Origin: Dendrobates tinctorius
Lineage: Eukaryota
Direction: 5' to 3'
DNA length: 64,000 nucleotides
Assembly: GCF_039654945.1 (NCBI RefSeq)
Contig: NW_027361697.1
Location: 53,692,001 to 53,756,000 of the forward strand
Part shown: positions 36,790 to 48,813 of the stretch, piece after piece
How positions within the stretch are numbered: the first letter of the stretch is position 1
Layout of the letters: each line of letters opens with the position of its first letter
Made by a program: the position numbers and the translations under genes
The notes under the pieces: model-generated
The model's input: the letters and a program-made list of their open reading frames with translations, nothing else
The model's database searches: none
What the model was told of the DNA's origin: nothing

Positions 36790-37378
36790 AACCCTAACCC
36801 CAACACACCCCTAACCCTAATCCCAACCCTAATCCCTAATCCTAACCCTAATCCTAGTTCGCCCTAACCCTAGCCCAACCCTAGCCCAACCCTAACCGTT
36901 AACTCTAGCCCAACGCTAACCCTAGCCCAACCCTAACCCTTAACCCTAGCCCAACCCTAACCCTAGCCCTAACCCTAGCCTAACCTTAGCCCAACCCTAA
37001 CCCTTGCCTAACCCTAACCCTAGCCTAACCCTAACCCTAGCCTAACCCTAACCCTAGCCTAACCCTAACCCTAACCCTAGCCTAACCCTAACCCTAGCCT
37101 AACCCTAACCCTAGCCTAACCCTAGCCTAACCCTAACCCTAGCCTAACCCTAACCCTAGCCTAACCCTAACCCTAGCCTAACCCTAGCCCTAGCCTAACC
37201 CTAGCCTAACCCTAGCCTAACCCTAACCCTAGCCTAACCCTAACCCTAGCCTAACCCTAACCCTAACCCTAGCCTAACCTTAACCCTAACCCTAGCCTAA
37301 CCTTAGCCTAACCCTAACCCTATCCTAACCCTAACCCTAGCCTAACCCTAACCCTAACCCTAGCCTAACCCTAACCCT
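36790..37378. repeat. Interstitial telomere-like array (CCCTAA with CCCTAG and CCTAA variants)
   Basis: ~590 bp of CCCTAA/CCCTAG/CCTAA, often as the 17-mer CCTAACCCTAACCCTAG. Confidence 0.95.
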
Positions 37379-38139
37379 TATGGAAAACTGAAAAAAAAAT
37401 ATTTTTTTTATTTCATTATGTGTGCCTATATAAGGGGGTGATACACGGGGGGGTTATGTACTATTTTTATTATTTTGATCACTATGATCGTTTATCATAG
37501 TGATCAAAATAATGAATGGAATCTGCCAGCCGGAGCCAGCAGATTCCCGGCGGGCGCACTGCGCATGCGCCCGCCATTTTCAAGATGGCGGCGCCCATCG
37601 GATGACGCCGGCGGGCGCGGGACCACCGGGAGGGGACGGAGGACAAGGGAGAGGTACCGGGAGGGGACCGGGGGGATCGGGGACACTATTTCTCTATCCT
37701 CTGATGTGCGATCACATCAGAGGAAAGAGAAATTAAATGTAAAATCGCGGATTTATTTTTTTTTGCGGTCGCCGTTATAGGGTTAATAACGGCGATCGCA
37801 AAACCGGGGGTCGGTAAAAACCGACCGATTCATGTTCTCTGGGGTCTCGGCTACCCCTGGCAGCTGAGACCCCGGAGAAAATCCGACACTGGGGGGCGCT
37901 ATTCACTTAAATCACAGCGCCGTGAATTAACGGCGCTGTGGTTTAAGTACCCTTAATTACCGCCGTTAAAAGGCGTATCGGCGGTCGTTAAGGGGTTAAA
38001 GGAGATCCATTCCAACTTTATCATTCTGTGATTCTATGATCTAAGCCCTTTTAGAATACATCAATGGTTCCCCCTCTGTACAGCTCTTGAGTCGGGCTAT
38101 TTCACAGATTAACAATTCTCACACTTGAATCTTATTTAT

Positions 38140-40350
38140 TGAACTTTTTTCTGTACATGGAGAAAATACCCTCTTTCCTCTTTAAATAAAACAGCTGTTG
38201 ACTGTATTTTATATGGGCCATATAGGGTATGTACTTGTGCAAGTTAATCATGTCCCACATTAGACAACTTTCCTCAAGTACTGTCAAAGTCAGTTTTAAG
38301 TCATTTGTTGTCATCAGCAAAGACTGACACTTTACTCTAATTTCCATCCAGAGGGTCATTAATAAAGAGGTTAAAAATAATTTGTCCTAGCACAGAACCC
38401 TGCAGTACCCCACTGCTGACTCTATCCCATTTAGAGAACATGCTATTTATGACAACACTTGTTTCCTTTATTTTAGCCAATTCCTTATTCATCTTAATAA
38501 AGTTTACCCTGGGCCCTGTTTCTGAAGCTTCAGGATAAGGCTGTTATATAGTACAATATCAAATGCCTCTGCAAAGCCCAGATAAATGACTCTCCTAGAT
38601 TTGATCTCCCGAATCCATAAGATGCCTGTTTAAGGAGATGAGACAAGATGGAGTCAGCGGTGTGCGGTGCCCTTTAAGGCCGGATCTATCGGGGCTGTCA
38701 CCACTGCTAGCAGGGGAGACTTCCTCTGAGAGGAAGAGACCATCTGGTCAGACAACAGGGGGCGCAGGGTATTTAAGAGGGCCCGAGCGTGGGAACGGGT
38801 CAGACTTGGCGGGAAGGCGACAGGAGATGGTTGACTCCCTCTCCACAGTTACCAGACCTCCACGCGCTGACTCTGAGAATACTCTTGATGCCATTGAATT
38901 ACTGTCTGCCACTTTACCGCTGACTGCCCCTGTTTTGCCCAAGATACCGGAACAAAAACTCAAGGACTACTCCAAATGACCACAGATTGTTGCGGCTAGT
39001 GCACATGCTTGCGACCTGTACCCTGCGCCATTGCTGGGACACTCAAGCAAAGGACTGTTTCCACATTCCAGCATACCAAAGACAAAGAGGACTGAATCCT
39101 TCGACACTGTCGGGCGGCAGTGTTATTCGTTTCCTCGTAATGGAGCCAGAGACTTTGTGCATCGTCTAAGACGTCGCCGGGAGATATGCCAGCGTTCCCC
39201 CTGTCAGAGCTTCAACCGATAAGTGTTACGTTTATCTTGTATAACCTTTTGCCATTGCCTTTACCTCCCTGCAAGGAGTATTGCTGTTATCGATTGTTTA
39301 GCAGATACTTGTTAACCCTTTCTCTGTCTCCAGTTACTCACTGCATCAAACTAACTGCTTTCATTCCTTACACCTGCAGGCTATTAGTCCCAAGAAACAC
39401 AGCTTTACATTTATCCATATTGAATCTCACCTGGCAAGTGGATGCCCAATCTCTCAGTTTTTCCAAGTCAATTTGAAACTTCTGAGCATCTTCAATAAAC
39501 TGAAGTATACTGAAGTATCAGCAAAAATATAAACCACACTATTAATCTGATTTTTTAAATCATCAATAAATTAATAAAATAAATAGATAAATAAATACAT
39601 TAACAAATAGGTGATTCAGCACTGAACCTTGGGCTATACCACTTACAACTGAAGACCATTTGGAGTAGCAGTCATTCACAACTCTGTTTGAGGTCTTTGA
39701 GCCAGCTTTCGATGAAAGTATAAAACTGTCCTAGAAAGACTATACACCTTAATTTTCCCATTAGTTACATCTTGGAAAATGTCAAATGAATGTGCAAAGT
39801 CCAAAAAATATATATCTAAGCTACCCCTCTGTCCAGGTTTCTACTCACCTTTTCATTAAACCTATTTAGGTTAGTTTGTCAACTTCTATCAGTAAAACTG
39901 TGTATCTAAAACTCATGTTATTTTCTACCACATTCTCCTATACATGATCCCTTACAATTACCAGTCCGTAGAGAGTCTATATAAACTATGCACAGTGGAA
40001 CAACAATAGCTGAGGTGAGTTGCATAAGAAGTCTTGGATGCAGCCCATTATAGCTCGGGGCTTTGTTCATATTGAAATTATACAACTTAGCATGCATCAT
40101 ATCTACATTTAGCCAGCAGAGGATATTGGTTGAAATATTAAGAGCACTGGCACAAGCAACATCAGTTAATCACTCCTCTTTTGTATGTAATGAGCTGCAT
40201 TTAGCTAATCTGCTTTTTCTTGATCTTCAGTGACTAACTCAAAAATATCATGATTTCGAAGAACCACTTATGTGGACTTTGGGTTTTGCATTTATATAAT
40301 CATACATTCTTGGAATTCATCGTACCTTCTTTGCCTATCTGCCGTTCCTT
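38140..40350 (-). mobile_element. Old degenerate CR1-type LINE RT fragments, interrupted at ~38590-39315 by an unassigned GC-richer insert
   Basis: Reverse-strand traces of GVPQGSVLGP (~38390-38410 and ~39615-39640), DFAKAFD (~38560-38580) and KAPSYNGLHPRLL (~40020-40070). Confidence 0.6.
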
Positions 40351-40369
40351 TTCTACTTTGCTGACTTGT

Positions 40370-41054
40370 CATCTGCTGGTGTAGGTCCACTGTGTTTTAT
40401 CAAGACCAAAGTCAGCGCAGCCGTCTACCAGGAAATTTTAGAGCACTGCATGCTTCCCTCTGCCAACAAGCTTTTTATAGTTGGAAATTTCATTCTCTAG
40501 CAGGACTTGGTGCCTGTCCACACTGCCAAAAGTACTAATGCCTGGTTTAAAAACAGCACTATCACTGTGCTTGATTGGCCAGCAATCTCGCCTGACCTTA
40601 GTCCCATAGAGAATTTATGGGGTATTGTAAAGAGGAAGATGAGAGACACCAGACTCAACAATGCAGACAAGCTGAAGGTTGCTATCAAAGCAACCTGGGC
40701 TTCCTTAACACCTCAGCAGTGCCACAGGCTAATTGCCTCCATGCCACGCCACATTGATGCAGTAATTGTTACCAAAGGAGCCCCGATCAAGTACTGAGTG
40801 CATTTACTGAATATACATTTCAGTAGGCCAACATTTCGGATTTTAAAATCATTTTTCAAGCTGGTGTTATAAAGTATTCTAATTTACTGAGATAATGACT
40901 TTTGGGTTTTCATTGGCTGTAAGCCATAATCATCAACATTAACAGAAATAAACACTTGAAATAAATCACTCTGTAATGACTCTATATAATATATGAGTTT
41001 CAATTTTAGTATTGAAGAACTGAAATAAATTAACTTTTTGATGATATTCTAATT
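40370..41054 (+). mobile_element. Tc1 3' portion (transposase C-terminus and terminal region) running into the gap
   Basis: ORF 40507..40797 contains DWPAISPDLSPIENLWGIVKRKM. Confidence 0.85.
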
Positions 41055-41195
41055 NNNNNNNNNNNNNNNNNNNNNNNNNNNNNNNNNNNNNNNNNNNNNN
41101 NNNNNNNNNNNNNNNNNNNNNNNNNNNNNNNNNNNNNNNNNNNNNNNNNNNNNNNNNNNNNNNNNNNNNNNNNNNNNNNNNNNNNNNNNNNNNNN
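41055..41195. other. Assembly gap (141 N)
   Basis: Run of N. Confidence 1.
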
Positions 41196-41983
41196 TTTTA
41201 CTGGTTTAATAAAACAGAATTTTATGACTAAGAAATACTTTCTGTTTTAAAAATGTAGCAATGTCAAGTAATTTCTGCAGTATGTTCAGTAAGTTGCTGT
41301 GACGTCTGGTTGAAGATTTGTTTAGATCTGCCAATTGCGTTCACGACTTTTCATGTTAACTAGCATTATCTTGTATTCTATACTAGTATTAAAACAAAAC
41401 TGAACTGAAATAAAGCTATTGTCCTGATTACTGTGGGTGTTCCACTAACCATCTATAGTAAAATGAAGTGAAAATAAGAACTACTTAGCAAAATAACATA
41501 TTCCCATTTCAAGAGAAGCATAATGTCCTATTGCTCTCTGACAAATGAAGAACAAAATTAACTTCTCTCTTCATCTCAGTCACATTTAGAGAGAACATGT
41601 TTCGAGAATATTGAAATGCATTCCTAGTAAAAAAAAAAAGGCATGCTTAATAAAGAAGCCATTCTAAAACTATTGCCAAGGTTGTTCTGTCAATTTTCCG
41701 TTAAGATGTGTATTTTCAAAACACTCAAGCTAAACCTCTCTGGTGATTCTCTTCATACTATATATCTGCTAGGGCAACGCTTGCGGAATACCAAAGTGAA
41801 TAAACAAAAAAGACAACAAAAAAATGTCATATAATAGAAAGTTTGTCTGGAAAGTTCAATGTGCTCAAAGTATGCATACATTTAAATGTTGATGGTGTGA
41901 GGAGCAGTACATGATAAAAAGAATCACATTTTGTTGGTTTTTAACCCCTTATTGACCACTAATAAGACTTTCAACAGCAGGCA

Positions 41984-42430
41984 TTAAAGGGAACCTGTCA
42001 GCAGGATTGTGCACAGTAACCTACAGACAGTGTCAGGTCGGCACCGTTATACTGATTAATGATACCTGGGTGATGAAATCTGTCTTGTGGTTGTTGTTTA
42101 ATTTTTACTTTCAGTTTTGAGTTAATGATATACTCGTGCTTCGGGGTGGCCTGTGGGGGTTTTCGTGTTGTGCTCTGCTTAGCTATTTATCTGTATGGCT
42201 TCTGACAGGTCACTGATCCCTTAGTGACATGCCCCCTATTTTACATAAAGAATATTCTATATATTGAAAAAAAAAACACCTTCAGCATGCAGTGCTGGCT
42301 GTCGGCGCCTGCGCTGCAGCATGGTCCGCATGTAAAGTGAGCATATAATTCAGTTAATTGATGCTATAAATAAATTCTTTAAAAAAAAGCCTCCTCAAAG
42401 ATAGTGCCACCAACGCCTGTGCAGTAGCAT
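41984..42430. mobile_element. T2/Kolobok-type MITE, one end
   Basis: TTAAAGGGAACCTGTCA terminus. The other end was not found. Confidence 0.5.
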
Positions 42431-42439
42431 CTATCAGAT

Positions 42440-43253
42440 TGCCTGGGCGAGAACAAAAAGACCTCCAAAACTTAGAAAGAGATGGGGTCCCTCAATCTGA
42501 GACCACATAGGAATGAACCCAGTGAAGCTTCACGATTTTACCGATAAACACCTGCGCCAATGTTTTAGCATTCAACAGAATCAGTAAAGGAACAAAATGT
42601 GCCATCATGCTTAACATATTTACTACCACTAAAATCACCATTTTACATGAGAATGGCAGAAGATTGGTAATAAAATCCATGGATAAATTAGTCCATGGTC
42701 TATTAGGTATAACTAAAGGTACAAGAGACCCAGACAAGTATGTGGGGTCTTAGAACGCGCACAAGTATTACAGGTAGACACAAAATCCACAACATCATGA
42801 CTCAGCCTAGGACACCAGAAACAAGATCTACAGTAGTCTTGCTACCTTAGTGACCTGCAAGAACCCAATATTGAGGTTCTCTAAAAATTTGTAAATGTAA
42901 ATGTAAATGTACATACAGATGTAAATGTAAATGTAAAGGCACAAATAATTTCCCTGAAGGACAAGAAGCAGGAGCGTCGCCCTGAGCCTTCAATACTTCA
43001 CCCTCAAGATCAGAACATATGGCAAAAATAACCATTAACTCTTGCAGAATATTAACAGAGTCCTCAGTACTACCTCCCCCAGAAAACTTTGGGACAAGGC
43101 ATCAGCCTTGACATTTTTAACCCCAGGATAATAATAATAATCTTTATATAGCGCTAACATATTCCGCAGCGCTTTACAGTTTGCACACATTTTCATCACT
43201 GTCCCCGATGGGGCTCACAATCTAAATTCCCTATCAGTATGTCTTTGGAGTGT

Positions 43254-43284
<31 letters not shown>

Positions 43285-43422
43285 ACGCAAACACGGGGAG
43301 AACATACAAACTCCTTGCAGATGTTGTCCTAGGTGGGATTCGAACCCAGGACTCCAGCGCTGCAAGGCTGTCCCCGATGGGGCTCACAATCTAAATTCCC
43401 TATCAGTATGTCTTTGGAGTGT

Positions 43423-43453
<31 letters not shown>

Positions 43454-45680
43454 ACGCAAACACGGGGAGAACATACAAACTCCTTGCAGATGTTGTCCTA
43501 GGTGGGATTCGAACCCAGGACTCCAGCGCTGCAAGGCTGCAGCACTAACCACTGAGCCACCGTGCTGCCCAGGATGATAAGTAACACAGAAATTAAATCT
43601 GGTAAAAAATTAAGACCACCTAGCTCACCTTGGAGCAAGGCATTTCTAAGATTCTAAATACAACAATATATATCTGTACCTGTCTGACATGTCCCTGATG
43701 TGTTCCAAAATCAGGTGAGTAAATTAAAATGTCAATGAGTTATTCCACAGCAAATTTACCCACCAGATAATGGAAGATATCATTGATAATATGTTGAAAA
43801 AAAGTGGGGACAATAGTCAGACGAAATGGCATAATGAGGTTTTCGAAATCCTCTTCAGGGTTGTTAAATGCCATTTTCCACTTGTCCACTTCTCTGACTG
43901 TACCCTGGACAACCATTTTGCTCCAACAATCTGATAAAACAAATCTGGAATGAGTGGATAGGGATAAGTGTTTCATATGGTAATCCAATTTACTTCTGGA
44001 AGATCCAGACAAGGACTCAGACCTCCATCTTTTTTCTTGACAAAAAAAAACCCTGCAATGTGGAAAGTGGAAGGTCTGATAAGTAATTTTGCAAGACTTT
44101 ATGCAATACACACCTTTATGATCGTTCTTTCACTACCTGGATTTGGGTAGATTTGCTCCAGGGAGCACGTTAACGGGACAATCATAAGCCTGAGGAGGCA
44201 ATTCCTGGCACCCCTGTCCAGAAAACACTTCCTCAAAACTGGACAGAAAATAGTGTTTTGGCAGAAATGGCATATAGACAGGGATTAAGACAGTGTTGAA
44301 GAAATTGCTATTTCCCTTGACTTCCAATCAACAAAGGTGTTATGCATGGGAGACCCAGTACAAGTAGGACCTTCAAGCACATAGCAAGAAATGTGTTATT
44401 TATGAAGGACCCCAATGTGAAGACCAAAATTATGCATCAGCTGTGTGAAACACCCTTGACCAAGAGGTGTCGAATCAATATAAAACATGGGGATGGTTTT
44501 TGCCAAAACACAAGCCAAGAATCTAGGCAAACCACTCAACCACCACATTGTCCTCCTCCACGTTATCCAAATGAATAGACAATCGTTCAGTTTTTGTACT
44601 AACCATTTCTGCAGGTAAGACAAACTAAGAGGTACACAAGGTGGAAATGTATACACCCATGTTATAATCCTCCACACAACTTGGAGTCAGAAGTTTTCAT
44701 CCAGTTTCATTCATTATGTGGAGGGACAGACCACAATGAAGTGACACTTCTGACCATAAAAGAAATAAACCCCCATTCTGTGGCAGAACACAAAAAGTTC
44801 AGACCGAACTGAGGACCTCACCAACTGCATAGATTCATCAGGACACAAGAGGGATCTCTCCCTTTATGAAGTGCAGTTCAGGGAAGGGTCAATATGGGTC
44901 TATCTCTGAGACATCTGTCAATCCATATGACTAAGGCCATAGCAGCCTCCAAGAACTCAGGATTTTCATACAGGACCAACACGTCCTTTAGCATTTCAGA
45001 CAGGCCTTGACAAAACTGGTTTCTGAGGCCTGGATCATTCCACCTGGTGTCAGTGACCCATATTCAAAACTCAGAACAAAACTCCTCTGCTGGCTGTTAT
45101 CCCTGCAGGAGCTTGCATAGCTTAGACTCAGGGAGGAAGACCCAGTCAGGGTCATCATAAGTGAAGCCTAAGGCCTCACAAAAAATTAATATACTGACCA
45201 GAGAGACAGGGAGTCAGCCGGAAGAGAAAAGGCCCAGTCTAGGGAATCTCCCTAAAATAGGGAGGCAACAATCCACACCTGTTGTTCCTCACTCCAACAG
45301 GAATGAGCAAGCAGTCTGAAGCACAATTTACAGGCTTCCATGAAAATGATGAATTTATCCCACCCCTCCAGAGAATCAATCTGGGAGGGCCACATTGGAT
45401 TCAGGCTGGATCCAGACCCATAGTTTGCTGCTATTGCTGTACAACTGTAGACCACAGATCTATAACCTCCAAAGACAGAGTCTGCATTTGTTTTACTAGT
45501 ACAGAAATCGGATCCATGTTAAGATAAAAAAATAAGGCGAGCAAAAATATCACGATGTGACCATAATAAAGTTGGGGAGGATGGACCCTATACTGTCCCT
45601 TTATCTAGGGAGGCCCTAGACTATCCCTAACCCAGGGGTTACACTGGAAGATGTTGATGCCTGTGTCACGTGTCTCTCTG
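42440..45680 (-). mobile_element. Degenerate Ty3/Gypsy gag-pol plus part of the LTR
   Basis: Integrase RPWTNLSMDFITNL..ILVVV, TYHPGVKNVKADALS, RT KWKMAFN..LIMPF, LPPQAYDCPV and a gag-like FMEACKL. The LTR appears to resume at ~52775-53132 after the L1. Confidence 0.85.
43131..43570 (-). mobile_element. tRNA-derived V-type SINE with a 169-bp internal duplication
   Basis: Head GGGCAGCACGGTGGCTCAGTGG (A box) and GGTTCGAATCC (B box). Core TATGTTCTCCCCGTGTTTGCGTGGGTTTCCTCCGGG. L2-like tail CTGTAAAGCGCTGCGG..(ATT)n. Flanked by AGGAT(A/G)ATAA. Confidence 0.9.
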
Positions 45681-45889
45681 TGCTTCTATGAAATCCTACA
45701 CAACACGGATACCAGGCAAGATGGCCCCTCAGTAAGCATAGTCTCCTGCTCCTCGGGAGAGTCCCCCTCTCCACTGCCCCTGAGCCCAGCAAAGACCACC
45801 GCTGCAGTGCAGGATGAGGCAACACCCACCTCACCTTATCTCCGGGATCCGGGTCCATCACCAGGATCTAGTTTTTCCCCACAGTCATA

Positions 45890-47521
45890 GATAGACCATT
45901 ATTTTTAATCTTTAAAGATTCCATAATAACAGGGTCTGTACCACAGGACTGGCGTATAGCAAATGTGGTGCCAATATTCAAAAAGGGGACAAAAACTGAA
46001 CTTGGAAATTATAGGCCAGTGAGTTTAACTTCAACTGTGGGTAAAATCCTGGAGGGTTTTCTAAGAGATACTATACTGGAGTATCTGGAGAAGAATAAAC
46101 TTATGACCCAATATCAACATGGGTTTACAAGGGACCGTTCCTGTCAGACTAATCTGATAAGCTTTTATGAAGAGGTAAGTTTCGGACTGGACCAAGGGAA
46201 TGCAGTGGACGTGGTGTACATGGACTTTTCAAAAGCTTTTGATACGGTGCCACACAAAAGGTTGATACATAAAATGAGAACAATGGGGATAGGGGAAAAT
46301 ATGTGTAGGTGGGTTAAGAGCTGGCTCAGGGATAGGAAACAAAGGGTGGTTATTAATGGAGCACACTCGGACTGGGTCACGGTTAGCAGTGGGGTACCAC
46401 AGGGGTCAGTTTTGGGCCCGCTTCTTTTTAACATATTTATTAATGACCTTGTAGGGGGCATAGAGAGTAGAATTTCAATATTTGCAGATGACACTAAACT
46501 CTGCAGGGTAATCAATACAGAGGAGGACAATTTTATATTACAGGAGGATTTATGTAAACTAGAAGCTTGGGCTGATAAATGGCAAATGAGCTTTAATGGG
46601 GATAAATCTAAGGTCATGCACTTGGGTAGAACGAACAAGATGTATAATTATGTGCTTAATTGTAAAACACTGGGCAAAACTGTCACTGAAAAAGACCTGG
46701 GTGTATGGGTGGACGACAAACTCACATTTAGTGGCCAGTGTCAGGCAGCTGCTGCAAAGGCAAATAAAATAATGGGATGCATTATTAGAGGCATAGATGC
46801 TCAGGAGGAGAACATAATTTTACCTCTATATAAGTCACTAGTGCGACCACACTTAGAATACTGTGTACAGTTCTGGTCTCCGGTGTATAAGAAAGACATA
46901 GCTGAACTGGAGCGGGTGCAGAGAAGAGCGACCAAGGTTATTAGGGAACTGGGGGGGTCTGCATTACCAAGACAGGTTATTACACTTGGGGTTATTTAGT
47001 TTGGAGAATCGAAGGCTTAGGGGTGATCTTATTACAATGTATAAATATATGCGGGGACAATACCAAGACCTTTCTAATGATCTTTTTACTCTTAGACCTG
47101 TGACAGGGACAAGGGGGCATCATCTACGTCTGGAGGAAAGAAGGTTTAAGCATACTCACAGACACGGATTCTTTACTGTAAGAGCAGTGAGACTATGGAA
47201 CTCTCTGCCATATGATGTTGTAATGAGTGATTCCCTACTAAAATTTAAGAGGGGACTGGATGCCTTTCTTGAAAAGTATAATATTACAGGGTATATACAC
47301 TAGCTTCCTTAGTGTTGCGTTGATCCAGGGAGCTAGTCTGATTGCCGTATGTGGAGTCGGGAAGGAATTTTTTCCCCCAATGTGAAGCTTACTGTTTGCC
47401 ACATGGGGTTTTTTTGCCTTCCTCTGGATCAACATGTTAGGGCAAGTTAGGATAGGATATGGGTTGAACTAGATGGACTTAAAGTCTCCCTTCAACCTTA
47501 ATTACTATGTTACTATGTTAC
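45890..47521 (+). mobile_element. 5'-truncated CR1 LINE
   Basis: NYRPVSLTS, DFSKAFD, GVPQGSVLGP and FADD motifs. One frameshift near 46955. 3' tail ends ACTATGTTACTATGTTAC. Confidence 0.95.
45965..47303 (+). pseudogene. CR1 ORF2 RT and C-terminal fragment
   Basis: ORFs 45965..46999 and 46986..47303 are joined by a frameshift. No endonuclease domain. Confidence 0.9.
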
Positions 47522-48504
47522 TTGCGGAGGGACACGAGGGAAATGTAGTTCCAGCAGGCCGGCGGATGGATATGCAGCAATGCACACCTCCCCTGCACTC
47601 CCAGAAGAACAAGAGAGATGTTGCAGAGAAAGGGGATTCTGGAGGGGACAATTGTAAATCTCTTGCAGTATTACAGCAACTTCCTACAACAGATCTCCCT
47701 GCTTCAGGAACTTTAATTAAAGATATGCTGATGGCTTTTAGCACCGCAATGCTAAAGGACTTTTCTTTAATGTTAAAACCTGTTACATCTCACATTCAGG
47801 AGGTGGAGGAGAGAGTGTCCCAAGTGGAGGACAAAATAGGAGAATTTGCATCTTCCCATAACAACCTTATTGACTCTCACAATGGCATGGCAGAAGGCAT
47901 AGAAGCCATAAATAATAAACTTGTGGACTTGGAGGATCGTAACCATAGGAACAACCTGAAATTAAGGGGTGTACCAGAAACCACCACACCCTCTGAGCTG
48001 ATGGGTTATGTGCAAGATTTAATCCAAGTGGTGGTCCCCTCCTGTTCACCATATGAACTAATTATTGATCGAGCGCACAGAGAATCTCACCAAAGCCACT
48101 TGCCAGACACTGTTCTGAGGGATACTGTTGCACACATTAATTGCTATCATATTAAAGAGGAACTTCTGTCTTATTCCAGAAAGAAAGGATCTCTACCTTC
48201 ACCTTTCCACCAAATCAAAATTTATGCTGATCTCTCGGCAGAGACACTGCACTTCCGCAGACTAATGAATCCCATCACTGCAGCTCTCAGAGAATCTCAG
48301 GTGGCGTACAGGTGGGGGTACCCCAAGAAATTTCTCATTAACAACAAAGGATCGTGGCATACTGTCTCTTCATATGAAAGAGGAAGAGATTTGCTTCGTA
48401 CCTGGGATATACAAGTGCAGGAACAACTTCACAAACAAAGAGAGCCGCCTATAAGGGCAGAGGAGACACGGCAGAAAGTCCTCCCAAAAAGAAACAGGCG
48501 CTGA
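47522..48504 (+). pseudogene. L1 ORF1 (coiled coil, RRM, CTD), N-terminus cut off by the CR1 insertion
   Basis: Open frame 47473..48504. Its first ~16 codons belong to the CR1 tail. Confidence 0.85.
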
Positions 48505-48813
48505 AGATATAATCATTATCTATATTTTACTATCTTTTAACAAGGGTGGCATCCTGACTGGTTGGTGCGGACAGTGATATACCCCCCCTGCGGATTTCCT
48601 GCTCCGCGTTTTGTGGACCGAAGTGCAGTCCTCTGTCTGTTTCATGACTTTACTTCTGATTTTATTAGTTTGCAGTGTGTTTGATTTTTGTTTTTTTCTA
48701 TCCTTTTGCATACCTGTGGTTTATTCGGGTCCAGCATTTTCCCGCTTTGCAGGGAATTCTGACAGGTGTAATGGGCAACCCATTAGTCATACTATCATCT
48801 GTATGTTTACAAT

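Larger units (their letters stand above)
34523..37995. mobile_element. Non-autonomous TTAA-flanked (piggyBac-like) element
   Basis: TTAA|CCCCTTAGCGAC...GTCGTTAAGGGG|TTAA. No coding capacity seen. Confidence 0.88.

Noticed and set aside
36790-37378. True telomere or chromosome-fusion scar
   Set aside because: The repeats are degenerate, in a single orientation, and enclosed by an element with TIRs and TTAA TSD.
43495-43570. tRNA gene
   Set aside because: The A and B boxes belong to a SINE head that continues into the core and tail.
47473-47521. Native start of the 343-aa ORF
   Set aside because: This part is CR1 3' tail that happens to be in frame with L1 ORF1.
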